From positions 13,809 through 77,808 of the forward strand of contig CAWGUD010000041.1 of assembly GCA_963825685.1 (NCBI GenBank): a stretch of 64,000 nucleotides of DNA. Direction: 5' to 3'. The DNA is from an uncultured Actinomycetes bacterium. GTDB taxonomy: Bacteria; Actinomycetota; UBA4738; HRBIN12. Position numbers and translations under genes: made by a program. The first letter of the stretch is position 1; every line of letters begins with the position of its first letter. Shown piece after piece: positions 52,307-63,606 of the stretch. The notes beneath the pieces are model-generated. The model did no database searches. It saw nothing but the letters and a program-made list of their open reading frames with translations, and was not told the origin of the DNA.

Positions 52307-52386
52307 CAGCCGTAGGGTACTGGCGCCTTCTCGACGGGAAGGCCTGGGCCTGAGCGCTCGACCCTCGGCGGACGTCGGCGTGGAAC

Positions 52387-53197
52387 TCACAGGCGGCTCC
52401 GCAGGCCCCACAGCTCGGGGAAGCAGCGCTTGTCGAGGGTCGAGCGCAGGTAGCCCACGCCGCTCGACCCGCCGGTGCCGCGCTTGGCGCCGATCTCGCG
52501 TTCCACCATCAGCACGTGCAGGTAGCGCCACTGCGCGAGCGCCTCGTCGTGGTCGAGGAGGCCCTCGCTCACGGCGAACACCTCGCCCTGCTCGCGCGCC
52601 ATCGCGACGAGCGACGTCGCGCGCGCCCTCGGCGTCGTCGTCGGGCATCGGATAGCCGTGCGTGCGCATCATGGTCAGGAACCCGTCCCAGAGCGTGGGC
52701 TCGGCGAGTCGCCGCGCGAGGCGTTCTCGCTCCTCGGACTCCGCGGCGAGGTCGTCGAGGAACCGCTCGTCCTTCAGGCCGCTCACGAACTCGAGCTCGC
52801 GGAACTGCGCGGACTGGAAGCCGCTCGCGGGCGTGAGCACCGCCCGGAACTCGAGGAAGTCCTGCGGGGTCATCGTCTGCAGCACCTGGATGTGCTCGAT
52901 CAGCACGCGCTCGATCGCCTGCACCCGCACGAGCAGGTGACGCGCGCGCTCGGGGCGGTCGGCGACCATCGCGTCGCGCGCGGCTTCCAGCTCGAAGAGC
53001 ACCTGCTTGAACCAGAGCTCGTAGGCCTGGTGCACGACGATGAAGAGCAGCTCGTCGTGGACCGGCGGATCCGACCGCAGCTGCTGCAGCGAGAGCAGCT
53101 CGGGGATCTTCAGGTACGAGCCGTACGTGAGCAGTCCCTGCTCGGCCTGCTCGGTGAGGCGCCCGAACCGTCGCTCCTGCCGCTCCCCCTCGGTCAT
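52387..53197 (-). CDS. kynA: Tryptophan 2,3-dioxygenase (frameshift near 52620)
   Basis: YGSYL, HDELLFIVVHQAYELWFK, PASGFQS.QFR, W...H..MVER.IG.K.GTGGSSG. Confidence 0.95.
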
Positions 53198-53259
53198 GGC
53201 GGCACGGTAGGCAGGCGACGCACCTCGGTCAAACCACCCGGGCGTGTGAGGATGGGCGC

Positions 53260-54561
53260 GTGACCGATCGCGCCGCCGAGCCGACGCCGCTGGGGACCGA
53301 GATGCCCGAGGGGGTGCGGTTCGTGGGACGCGAGGGCGTCGTCACGCCGAACTGGCTCGGCGACGACCACCCGGCCGATGCCGATCTCGATGCGTGCGTG
53401 GCGTGCGGCCTGTGCCTGCCGCACTGCCCCACCTACCGGCTCACCGGCGAGGAGACGGCGTCGCCGCGGGGGCGCATCGCGGCGATGCGGGCGGTCGCGG
53501 ACGGCCTCGCCGAGGTCGACGACACGTTCGCGGCGTTCATGGATCGATGCCTCGTCTGTCGCGCGTGCGAGGACGTCTGCCCGTCGCACGTGCCGTTCGG
53601 CCGCATGATGGAAGCACGCGCGCACCGAGCTGGAGCCGCGCCGCAGCGCCGGCGCCCGGCTGGTGCGATGGCTCGGGCTCGACGTCGTGCTGCCGCATCC
53701 GTCGTTGATCAGGGCCGCCGCCGTGCTGCAGCCGATCGCCCGACCGCTGATGCCGCGCCGCATGCGAGCACTCGTGCCGCGCCGGACGGCGCCGCTGCGA
53801 CGGCTGCCGGCGCTCACCGAACCACCGGCGGGCGTCGAGGTGCGCGGCACGGTCGCGCTGCTCGCGGGCTGCGTGCAGGACCGGTGGTTCCACGACGTGA
53901 ACCTCGCCACGATCCGGGTGCTCGCGCGCACGGGGTGGCGCGTGGCGGTGCCGCGGGACCAGCGGTGCTGCGGCGCCCTGCAGGCGCACAACGGGAGGCT
54001 CGAGACGGCACGCCGGCTCGCCCGCCGCAACGCGCGGGCGTTCTCGGGCGTCGATCACGTGATCGCGAACGCGGCCGGCTGCGGCGCGCACATGCAGACG
54101 TACGGCGAGCTCGCGGACGGCGCAGAGCTGCCCGTGCGCGACGTGATCGCGTTCCTGCACGACGAGGGCCTGGGCACGGTCGAGCTCGGGCCGGCCGGCG
54201 TCGAGCGCGTCGCCTACCACGATGCGTGTCACGCGCTGCGCGCGCAGGGGATCCACGCCCAGCCGCGGGCGCTGCTGGGCGCGATCCCGGACCTGCAGGT
54301 CGTCGAGATCCCCCAGGGCGACCGATGCTGCGGCGCCGCCGGCCTCTACAACGTCACGGAACCCGAGCTCGCCGAACGGCTCCAACGCGACAAGGCCGAG
54401 GCCGTCCGGTCGACGGGGGCGCGGGTGATCGCGAGCGCGAACCCCGGCTGCACGATGCAGCTCCGTGCGGGTCTCGCGTCGCTCGGGGTCGACGCCCGCG
54501 TCGTGCATCCCGATCGAGCTGCTCGACGTCGCGATCGAGGCCGGCCGACCCAGCGCCTTAG
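53260..54561 (+). CDS. glcF: Glycolate oxidase Fe-S subunit (frameshifts near 53620 and 54510; end approximate)
   Basis: CVACGLCLPHCPTY, SPRGRI, CLVCRACEDVCPS, CCG motifs, HDACH, ANPGC. Confidence 0.85.
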   Translation: MTDRAAEPTPLGTEMPEGVRFVGREGVVTPNWLGDDHPADADLDACVACGLCLPHCPTYRLTGEETASPRGRIAAMRAVADGLAEVDDTFAAFMDRCLVCRACEDVCPSHVPFGRMMEARAHRAGAAPQRRRPAGAMARARRRAAASVVDQGRRRAAADRPTADAAPHASTRAAPDGAAATAAGAHRTTGGRRGARHGRAARGLRAGPVVPRREPRHDPGARAHGVARGGAAGPAVLRRPAGAQREARDGTPARPPQRAGVLGRRSRDRERGRLRRAHADVRRARGRRRAARARRDRVPARRGPGHGRARAGRRRARRLPRCVSRAARAGDPRPAAGAAGRDPGPAGRRDPPGRPMLRRRRPLQRHGTRARRTAPTRQGRGRPVDGGAGDREREPRLHDAAPCGSRVARGRRPRRASRSSCSTSRSRPADPAP

Positions 54562-55970
54562 CGTCCGGCCCTGAACGACAGTCCGAGCCGCCGAAGGGCC
54601 GGTGACACCGGCTCCGGGCCCAGCACACCTTCGAGCCATGCGGCGGCGAGTCCTCCGGTCGACCCGGCATCGCTCGCGGCCAGCGACCCCGCCGTCGCGG
54701 ACCACGCTCCCGCGATCGACGCCCGGGCGATGACCCCGTCGACGTCGATGCCCGTCATCGGTTCCTCGCCCGCATCGGCCCCGGGGAGGATCATCACCGC
54801 GTTCACCACGGATCGCTCGCCCCCGGGGTCGGAGGGCGAGTTCACGATGCCCCTGCCCTTGATCCACATCGCCGAGCTGCCGCCGCCGTCGAGGTTCACG
54901 GCCTCGACGGCTCCGAGGTCGAGGAAGGTGCGGGCGAACCGCCGCAGGGTCATGCCGACCGACCGTCGCGACCGGCCGTCGACGACGACGAGCAGCAGCC
55001 TGCCGTCGCTCGTGACCCCGATGCCCGTTCGTGGATTGCGCCGGCAGAACGACGACCTGCACCTCGGAGCAACGGACCTACCGTCGTCGACGAGCTGGGG
55101 CATGCCGCCGATCGTGTCGAGCACTCGCGGCCACCCGACCGACCACGAGAGGCGGACGCGATCGCCGGGTTGCATCGCCTCGATCGCGTCGGCCCCTTCC
55201 CCCCAGCGCCTCGACGCGAGGACGACCCCCCGAGATCCCACCCGCCTGGGCGGGGAGACGCATCGGACGACGTCGACCGTGTAGCGCCTCGACACCCCTG
55301 CCTCGAGCGCGGCCCACCCCAACGGTCCGTCCGCATCGAGCCGCGCCGCGCACCCGCTGTCGGGAGGCCGGTGGATGCCTCCCCCGTACCGCGTGAACGC
55401 CGCGATCCCATCCTCAGCGGGACGATGTGAGTTCCACCCGGAGACCGGGAAGCCGACGTTCCCCGTCTCGAGCAGCCCGTCCACGACCGGATGTGGTGGA
55501 CCGACGAACGCCGTGGTCTCGTCGTGGGCGACCGCGAAGCTCGTCCCGTTCTGCACGCCCCGGCCCATCAGGGTCCCGTCCATCAGGAACGGGTGGATCG
55601 GGTACCCCTCCAGGAGCCCGAAGTCCCCGTTGATCGCGATCAACGCACCGTGCGCCCGGCCGATCACGCTCGGCCGTGAGAACGAGCCCATCGTCGGGCC
55701 GCCGGCGCCGAGGTCGACGGTCGTCGCCTGCAGCGGATCGAGACGTACGACGTGCACGACCACCGGTCCCGTTCGGTCCGTGATGCGCTCGTAGGTGAGC
55801 CCGGCGCCGAGCCGCACGGGCGAGGAAGCGGGGCGCGACGCGGCGCGCGCCGGCACGACCGTCGTCACCGTGAGCACCGACGTCATCACGATCGCCGCCG
55901 CCGTACTCACGGCCGCACCTGCCCTCGAGGCTCCGCCCATGGTCCGGACATCGGAGCGCGGTGCCGTCAT
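54558..55970 (-). CDS. Secreted phosphodiester glycosidase (NAGPA/DUF2233) family protein
   Basis: AINGDF, NPRTGIG, VDGR, AVNLDGGGSS. Confidence 0.85.
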   Translation of the reverse strand: MTAPRSDVRTMGGASRAGAAVSTAAAIVMTSVLTVTTVVPARAASRPASSPVRLGAGLTYERITDRTGPVVVHVVRLDPLQATTVDLGAGGPTMGSFSRPSVIGRAHGALIAINGDFGLLEGYPIHPFLMDGTLMGRGVQNGTSFAVAHDETTAFVGPPHPVVDGLLETGNVGFPVSGWNSHRPAEDGIAAFTRYGGGIHRPPDSGCAARLDADGPLGWAALEAGVSRRYTVDVVRCVSPPRRVGSRGVVLASRRWGEGADAIEAMQPGDRVRLSWSVGWPRVLDTIGGMPQLVDDGRSVAPRCRSSFCRRNPRTGIGVTSDGRLLLVVVDGRSRRSVGMTLRRFARTFLDLGAVEAVNLDGGGSSAMWIKGRGIVNSPSDPGGERSVVNAVMILPGADAGEEPMTGIDVDGVIARASIAGAWSATAGSLAASDAGSTGGLAAAWLEGVLGPEPVSPALRRLGLSFRAGR

Positions 55971-56083
55971 CCTGAAGCGGAGCGCGCGGCCCGCTGCTCC
56001 GGGCCATGCTTGACCGGGCTGACCCGCGGCCCTAGCGTCGGGTCGCCCGTGGGGAGAACCCCCGCCGGACGAGGGACGAGCAC

Positions 56084-56632
56084 ATGCGATACATCGGGGT
56101 GGGAAGACGGTTCGTCGCCCTCCTCATCGACGGCCTGATCACCGGACTCGCGTGGGTGCCGTTCGCCGAAACGTCGTCCGTGGACGGAGTCTATTCCATC
56201 CGCTGGGAGGGCATGGACTTCGTGATCCCCCTGGCGATCACCCTGGCCTACTTCGTGATCCTGGAAGGCGCGTTCGGGGCCACGATCGGGAAGGTCGTGC
56301 TCGGCATCAGGGTGCGGCGACCCGACGGTTCCCGCATCGGGTTCGGTCCTGCCGTGATCCGCAACCTGGCCCGGGTCGTCGACGCGTTCCCGTACGTGAT
56401 CCCCTACCTGGTCGGGGGCATCGCCGTGAACCGATCGGACACGAAGCAACGGTTCGGCGATCGGTGGGGGAAGACCGTCGTGATCCTGGTGGGAACCGAC
56501 GCGAACCTCACGGCCGAGCCCCCCGCGATGGCCGCGGCGCCCGACCCGTTCGGGCTGCCATCGCCGCCACCCGGTGCGCCGCCGGTCGACCCCGATGCGG
56601 GCACGCTTCCCCCGCCGCCCCGCGAGACGTAG
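56084..56632 (+). CDS. RDD family membrane protein
   Basis: RRFVALLID, TIGK..LGIRV, QR.GD...T.V. Confidence 0.88.
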   Translation: MRYIGVGRRFVALLIDGLITGLAWVPFAETSSVDGVYSIRWEGMDFVIPLAITLAYFVILEGAFGATIGKVVLGIRVRRPDGSRIGFGPAVIRNLARVVDAFPYVIPYLVGGIAVNRSDTKQRFGDRWGKTVVILVGTDANLTAEPPAMAAAPDPFGLPSPPPGAPPVDPDAGTLPPPPRET

Positions 56633-57145
56633 CTACCAGCGAGGGTCGCGCGCGTCGAGCGCCTCACGCGCGGTGCACTCGGTGCCCACGCCGTAGAGCG
56701 GATCGTCGCGACCGACGACGAGCTTCAGGTAGAAGCACGCGTTGGGCCGCGCGCTCACAGCCGCCGCCCACGTGGTGGCGTCGGCGTACACGCTCACCTC
56801 GCCGAGCCCCGATGAGGTCTCGTCGGGCCCGACCACGCGCAGCGCGCCGCCGTCGAGGCTCGCAGCATCGAGCGCCTCGGCATCGGCGCCGTCGAACGCG
56901 CCGGTCGCGTCGAGCACCGACCTGGCTTCGGTCTCTGCGGTCCGCAGGTCGTACTGCGCTCGACCGATCGTCTCGGCGATCGGGCGGTTCGCGAAGATCT
57001 CCACCATGAGGATGGCGCTCGCCGCGACGATCGCGCCCAGCACGAGCCAGAACCCCCGGTTCGAGCGCCGCGGCTCGGCAGGCGAGTGCGGCGCGTCACC
57101 GATCTCCCGCTCGTAGGCTTCGATGATCTCGTCGTCGTCGCGCAT
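56633..57145 (-). CDS. Hypothetical single-TM protein with a pilin-like N-terminal helix
   Basis: RGFWLVL hydrophobic helix, AQYDLRTA, C-terminal Cys pair. Confidence 0.6.
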   Translation of the reverse strand: MRDDDEIIEAYEREIGDAPHSPAEPRRSNRGFWLVLGAIVAASAILMVEIFANRPIAETIGRAQYDLRTAETEARSVLDATGAFDGADAEALDAASLDGGALRVVGPDETSSGLGEVSVYADATTWAAAVSARPNACFYLKLVVGRDDPLYGVGTECTAREALDARDPRW

Positions 57146-57187
57146 CGTCGTCCACCAGCCTAGCCGCCTCGAGGCGCAGGCCCCGGC

Positions 57188-58385
57188 TCAGCCGCCCAGG
57201 GTGGCGGCCAGATGCTCGAGGCTCTCCAGGTTGTGCCCCGACAGGAACACATCGACGCTCGGCAGCGCCGCCGCCATGCCGCGGGCGAGCGGCTCGTACC
57301 GGGGCGAGCCCTTCAGCGGGTTCACCCAGATCACCCGGTGGGCCAGCCGACGCAGTCGCGCCATCTGGACCCGCAACAGCTCCGGGTCGCCGCGTTCGAG
57401 CCCGTCGGAGCAGAACACGACCACGGCGCCGCGCAGCGCGGCGCGTTGGCTCCAACCGTCGAGCAGCGTCTTCAGCGACTCGCCGATGCGCGTGCCTCCC
57501 TCCCAGTCCTCGACCTGGCGCCCGATCTCGTGCAGGGCTCGATCGGGGTCCTTCGTGCGGAGCGTGCGCGTCACTCGCGTGAGCCTCGTGCCGAACACGA
57601 ACGTCTCGACCCGCCTGCCTGCCGCCATCGCCGCGTAGGCGAACTGCATCAGCGCCCGCGAGTACGGCGCCATCGAGCCGCTGATGTCGAGGATCAGCAC
57701 GAGCGGGCGGCGGCGCGCGGTCCGGCCCCGCCAGGCGCGGTCGAACGGCTCGCCCTGGGTGCGCAGGGACCGCCGCAACGTCCGTCGCAGGTCGAACCGC
57801 TCCCCTTTGGACGCAGGGCGGGTCCGGCGCGTGCGCTCGACCGGCACCCGCAGACGCAGCGACCGGATCAACGCCGCGACACGTTCCCGCTCCTCCTCGG
57901 TGAGCTCGCCGAACGACTTCGACCGCAGCACCTCGGCGCCGCTCGCGACGATCCGGATCGACGACTCGTCCCCCGGCTCGACCTCCTCGTCGTCGTCGAC
58001 GCCGTGCCACTCCGACGCCGCGGCGACCTGGACCTCGAGATCGTCGGGCTCCGGTCCCCAGTCGATCGCCTCATCGTCGCCCTCGGGCGGGGGCATGGGC
58101 AGGTTCAGCTCGACGCGCAGGTCGTCGGCCGTCCGCAGCGACCGGTACCAATCATCGAACACCTCGTCGTAGGCGTCGAGGTCGTCGCGGCGCGCGATCA
58201 TCGTCGTGCGGCCGGCCCAATAGAGCGAATCGCGGTCGGTGAGGCCGAGAGCCGCGACCGCCCGCACGAACGTCAGGATGCGCCCGGTGCCCACGGGCAG
58301 TCCGCGCGCCCGCAGGTCGCGACCGAGCACGATCAGCGGCGGGAGTGGGCCTCCTCCCCCGCCGGCGCCCGGGAACGTCGCTCGA

Positions 58386-58393
<8 letters not shown>
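57188..58393 (-). CDS. VWA-domain protein, CoxE-like
   Basis: LDISGSM MIDAS, FGTRLT, GGTRIG, SDGL, W.NP. Confidence 0.9.
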
Positions 58394-59268
<875 letters not shown>

Positions 59269-59306
59269 GCGCACAGGGTACCGGCGAGGCGAGGGCCGCG
59301 CAGCGC

Positions 59307-60206
59307 CTACAGGCCGATGCCTGAGCCGCCGGGCTGGGTCATGGCGCCGGCAACCGGCGGCACCTTGATGCCCTGCTCCGTGATGCGCGCCGTGATCCGC
59401 TCCCGCAGGAACCGCTCCGTCTCGAGTCGGTTCCCGGGCCGCGTCTGCGCGACGACACGGACGACCTGAGCGACGTCGGTGAGCTGCACGACGCCCAGCA
59501 CCGAAGGTGCCTCCCGGAGCCACGACCGCAGCGGCTCCTCGTTCGCGAGCTCCGCCAGCAGGTCGTCCAACGCCTGCCGAACGCGGTCGGGGTCCTCGGA
59601 GAGCGCGACCCGGACGTCGACGATCGCCCGTCCCCACCCGCGGGTCTTGTTGCTCGTCACCTGGATCGAGCCGTTCGGCACGATGCTCAGCGTGCCGTCG
59701 TACTGGCGCACCGAGGTGATCCGCAGCGTGAGCCCTTCGATCGTGCCGCTCACCGGACCCCCCTCGGTCTGCAGGTCGACCACGTCGCCGATGTCGAACT
59801 GACCCTCTAGCGCGATGAAGAGTCCGGCGAGCGTGTCCTTCACGAGCGTCTGCGCACCGAAGCCGAGCGCGACCCCGGCGATGCCGGCGCTGGCGAACAG
59901 CGGTCCGAGCGGCACCCCGAACTCCGCGAGCAGGAAGAAGCCGATCGTGATCCAGATGATCACCTGCAGGGTCGCCGAGATGAGCCCGGCGATCGTGGCG
60001 AGGCGTCGTCGGCGCGGCCCCTCCATCGAGTCGTCGGCTTCCGCCTCCGCGCGGCGCTCGCAGCGCCGGACCCACGCACGGAGCAGCAGCGTCGCGATGA
60101 GCGCGAGCACCACCGCGAGACCGAGCCTGATGCCGAAGTCGCGCCACCAGTCGGCCGAGTAGCGGGCGGCGTCGCCAGAAGCTTGGGCGAGAACCTGGGC
60201 GAGCAT
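59307..60206 (-). CDS. Small-conductance mechanosensitive channel (MscS family)
   Basis: AGIAGVALGFGAQ.L.KD..AG, G.IE...LR.T, VPNG. Confidence 0.92.
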   Translation of the reverse strand: MLAQVLAQASGDAARYSADWWRDFGIRLGLAVVLALIATLLLRAWVRRCERRAEAEADDSMEGPRRRRLATIAGLISATLQVIIWITIGFFLLAEFGVPLGPLFASAGIAGVALGFGAQTLVKDTLAGLFIALEGQFDIGDVVDLQTEGGPVSGTIEGLTLRITSVRQYDGTLSIVPNGSIQVTSNKTRGWGRAIVDVRVALSEDPDRVRQALDDLLAELANEEPLRSWLREAPSVLGVVQLTDVAQVVRVVAQTRPGNRLETERFLRERITARITEQGIKVPPVAGAMTQPGGSGIGL

Positions 60207-60271
60207 CGGCCCACTCCAACAGACAGCGACCGGCAGCGTCAAAGCCGTCCGTCCGATCCGACGTGATCGCG

Positions 60272-61636
60272 CTAAACAGTCCGGTAGCGGGCCACCGCGA
60301 ACCGGCCGTCGATGCGATCGGCGGCCACCCCGTCGACGTCTCCGGCGACCACGATCCGACCGTCGGTCTGCAGCGCGACCGAGCTGGCCCACGACCCCAC
60401 GATCTCGATCTGCTGACCGGGCTGGACGCCTCCGACACGGGTGCGCAGCTTTCCGTCATCGCCGAACGAGGTGTCCAGCATGCCGTCGGTGCGGTACCGC
60501 GCGAGCGCGAACGTCGCCTGGCGCCCCCAACCGAACCCCGCCACACCGACGGCCACGATCATCCCGTCGGCCTGGATCGCGAGATCGCTCGCGCTGTCGT
60601 CCCACCTCGTGAAGTTCGTGACGGCCGTGCCGTCGCCGCGGAACGACGGGTCCAGCGAACCATGCTCGTCGAAGCGAGCGAGGCCGAACCTGCTCGTGTA
60701 CTCCGCGGCGCCGCCCGCGTCACCGGCGACCACGATCGCGCCGTCCGGTTGGATCGCGATGGCGCCGACGCTGTCGCCTCCCCCGTCGGTCCCCTCGGTG
60801 AACTCGGCGGCCGCGACGCCGTCGATCCCGAATCCCTGGTCGACATCCCCGTCCGACTCGTATCGGACCACGTCGATCCCGTCGAATCCTGTCAGGGTCC
60901 ACGACTGTCCCCCGACGACGATCTTCCCGTCGGGCTGGATCGCGACCGCCGACGCCGCGGCGAGCGCACCGCCGAACCCGGTGGTCACGGTGCCGTCGCC
61001 GTGGAACGTCGGGTCGAGGGTGCCGCCCGGATCGAGTCGGGCGAGTGCGAAGTCATGGGCGGCGGACGTCGTCCCGACGATCACGATCTTCCCATCGGTC
61101 TGGATCGCCACGTCGTTCGCGACCTCGTGGCCGTCACCCGCGGCGACGTCGACGGTCACGGTGCCGGCGTCTCCGAAGCTGCGATCGAGCCCGCCGCCAC
61201 GTCGGTAGCGCGCGGCCACGATCGCGTCCCACCCCGCCACCGTCGCGGTGCCGGCGACGACGATCTTGCCGTCGGACTGGATCGCGACCGCCGACGCAGC
61301 GTCTTCTCGCCTCGCGATGTTCGTGGTGACGACCCCCTCGTCGCCGAACCGGTCGTCGAGCCGCCCATCGGTGCGGTACCGCACGACGGCGACGGACCCG
61401 TACCCGCCGTGGGAGCTCACTCGGCCCACGACGACGATCTTCCCGTTCGCCTGGATCGCGACGTCGCCGACGTTCTCGTTCCACGGGGTGAGGTTCGTGA
61501 TGACCGTGCCGTCGTGACGGAACGTGCGATCGAGGTCACCGGGCGCACCCTCGGCAGCGGTCGCCCACACCACGGCGGCGACGAGCGCCAGTATGAGGGT
61601 GGGTCGACCCCTTCGGCTTCGTGCCCGGGACGTCAT
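60272..61636 (-). CDS. Secreted delta-60-repeat beta-propeller protein
   Basis: Signal peptide; about 7 repeats AIQ.DGKIVV.G...ARY...G.LD.SFG.DG. Confidence 0.88.
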   Translation of the reverse strand: MTSRARSRRGRPTLILALVAAVVWATAAEGAPGDLDRTFRHDGTVITNLTPWNENVGDVAIQANGKIVVVGRVSSHGGYGSVAVVRYRTDGRLDDRFGDEGVVTTNIARREDAASAVAIQSDGKIVVAGTATVAGWDAIVAARYRRGGGLDRSFGDAGTVTVDVAAGDGHEVANDVAIQTDGKIVIVGTTSAAHDFALARLDPGGTLDPTFHGDGTVTTGFGGALAAASAVAIQPDGKIVVGGQSWTLTGFDGIDVVRYESDGDVDQGFGIDGVAAAEFTEGTDGGGDSVGAIAIQPDGAIVVAGDAGGAAEYTSRFGLARFDEHGSLDPSFRGDGTAVTNFTRWDDSASDLAIQADGMIVAVGVAGFGWGRQATFALARYRTDGMLDTSFGDDGKLRTRVGGVQPGQQIEIVGSWASSVALQTDGRIVVAGDVDGVAADRIDGRFAVARYRTV

Positions 61637-61734
61637 CACCGGCGCTCCTTCGCTCTGCCGCCATCGTGGCAGGTACACGGCCGGTGAGGAACGACGAAGG
61701 ACCCGTGTGCGGAGAGCCGTTCGCCCGCGGTCGA

Positions 61735-62457
61735 TCAGCCCTTGCGGAGCACGAATGCGTAGGTCGGGCCGGCTCCCTCGATCACGTCGTCGAGCGTCCA
61801 GCCGGTGTTCTCGATCAGTCGATCGAGCTCACGCACCGACGTGAAGAGGTAGTCGAACCACGGCGTCGCGAGCCGCTGGAAGCGCGCCCGGATCCTGACC
61901 TGACCACCCATGCGTCCCCGCCGCCGGTTCCATCGGTGATAGTCGATGTGCGCCGGGTCGGCCGTGTCGTACGGGTCCAGGGTGCTCGCGAGCACGACCG
62001 CGTCGCTCCCGGTCACGCCGGCGAACCGTCGAAGCAGCCAAGGAGCGTGACGAGCGTCGCGGAGCAAACCGGAGTTGTTGCCGAACATCACGATCGTGTC
62101 GAACGGCCCGTCGGCGCGGCGGACGCCAGACGCCGAGAGCAGCCGGACGTCGCGGACTCCCCGCTCCCTGGCCGTGCGGATCGCGCCGGGCGAGACATCG
62201 ATGGAGACGACCTCGTGCCCACGAGGTTCCAGGTGGATCGCCACACGACCGGCACCGCACCCGACGTCCAGCACCCGCCCTCGCACCCGTCGCATCGCCG
62301 CTCGCTCGTGTGACGACCAGCGCCGGTACGGTGCGACGTAGTCGTAGGAATCGAGATCCACCAATCCGTCGTCGCGTTCGATCACCAGTCGGGCGTCGTC
62401 GCCCTTCCAGCGTGCGTGCATCGCGGCGCCGAAGGCGTCCTCGGCCTCGGGGATCAC
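61735..62457 (-). CDS. Class I SAM-dependent methyltransferase
   Basis: VLDVGCGAGR, IDVSP, FDTIVM. Confidence 0.88.
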   Translation of the reverse strand: MIPEAEDAFGAAMHARWKGDDARLVIERDDGLVDLDSYDYVAPYRRWSSHERAAMRRVRGRVLDVGCGAGRVAIHLEPRGHEVVSIDVSPGAIRTARERGVRDVRLLSASGVRRADGPFDTIVMFGNNSGLLRDARHAPWLLRRFAGVTGSDAVVLASTLDPYDTADPAHIDYHRWNRRRGRMGGQVRIRARFQRLATPWFDYLFTSVRELDRLIENTGWTLDDVIEGAGPTYAFVLRKG

Positions 62458-62462
62458 CGTGC

Positions 62463-62788
62463 TCAGCCCCCTTCGAACGCCTCGAACGACCCGATGTGCA
62501 CCTCTCGCTGCGGGTCAGGTCGTCGTTCGCCGCGTCCAGTCTTTCGTACGCCTCTCGGTGCTCGGTGAGGAAGCGTTCGTAGTCCTCCCTCGAGGACCAG
62601 CGATCGATGGTGAGGTAGTGACCATGTCGCCCGGCCTCGAGGAACAGTTCCGTCCCGAGGTAGCCCACGCCACGCGTGAAGAGCCTCGCCCAGGCGCCGG
62701 AAGAGCCGTACGCCTGCTCGAACGCCTCGGCCCGCTCGGGGTCGACCTCGTACCGCCAGATCGTCGCGAACCCAGCGCTCGTCGTTAC
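62463..62788 (-). CDS. Antibiotic biosynthesis monooxygenase-like protein (frameshifted)
   Basis: IWRYEV..FEQAYG..G.W..LF; GYLGTEL, YLTIDRW. Confidence 0.65.
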
Positions 62789-63606
62789 GCGAGCGCCTCC
62801 TCGAGGGCTCGGCGCACCAGCACCTTGGAGACTTCCTTGCGGTACTCGGCGCTGCCGAACGCATCTGAGGGCGGCGCGGTGCCCTCGTCGGCGCGCTGCG
62901 ACGCGGCGGCCGGATCGGCGCCGCCGGCGAGCGCCTCCTCGACACCGGCGGCTCGGATCGGCGTCTCGCCCATGTTCGTGAGGGCCACGCTCGCCGAGCC
63001 GTTCCGTTGCACAGCTGCCACCCCGACCATCGCCCAGTCGATCGCCCGTCGATGGAACTTCAGGTAGCTCCAGCCGCCGGTCGTCTTCGGGACGCGGATC
63101 TCGGTGAGCACCTCGTTCGCCGCGAGGTCGGCGTGGAACAGCCCCTTGAAGAAGTCACCCGCCGCGACGGTGCGCGACGCCCCACCGGCGCCGCGGACCA
63201 CGAACGACGAGCCGAGTGCCAGCATCACGGTGCCCATGTCGCCCGCCGGGTCGGCGTGCGCGATCGAGCCGCCGATCGTGCCGACGTGGCGCACCTGCGG
63301 GTCGCCGATCTGCTCGGCCGTGTCGGCCACGATCGGCACCGCCTGCTGCAGCAGCTCGCTGGTGGCGACGTCGTGATGGCGCGTGAGCGCCCCGATCGCG
63401 ATCTGGTCGTCGTCCTCGCGGATGTACGACAGGTCGCCGATGCGGGTGATGTCGACGAGCATCGACGGCTGCGCCAGCCGCGTCTTCATCAACGGGAGCA
63501 GCGAGTGCCCGCCGGCCAGGATCTTCGCGTCGTCGGCGCCGCCGAGCAGCTCGATCGCGTGGTCGACCGACTCGGCCCTCGCGTACTCGAAGGGAGCCGG
63601 GATCAT
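62785..63606 (-). CDS. Xanthine dehydrogenase/CO dehydrogenase family FAD (medium) subunit, CoxM-like
   Basis: PAPFEY, LAGGHSLLPLMK, VR..GTIGGS.AHADP. Confidence 0.92.
   Translation of the reverse strand: MIPAPFEYARAESVDHAIELLGGADDAKILAGGHSLLPLMKTRLAQPSMLVDITRIGDLSYIREDDDQIAIGALTRHHDVATSELLQQAVPIVADTAEQIGDPQVRHVGTIGGSIAHADPAGDMGTVMLALGSSFVVRGAGGASRTVAAGDFFKGLFHADLAANEVLTEIRVPKTTGGWSYLKFHRRAIDWAMVGVAAVQRNGSASVALTNMGETPIRAAGVEEALAGGADPAAASQRADEGTAPPSDAFGSAEYRKEVSKVLVRRALEEALA

Noticed and set aside
60272-61560. Periodic DNA repeats as a possible CRISPR or non-coding array
   Set aside because: The repeats are degenerate and in frame, explained by delta-60 protein repeats; no CRISPR array or cas gene was seen in the window.
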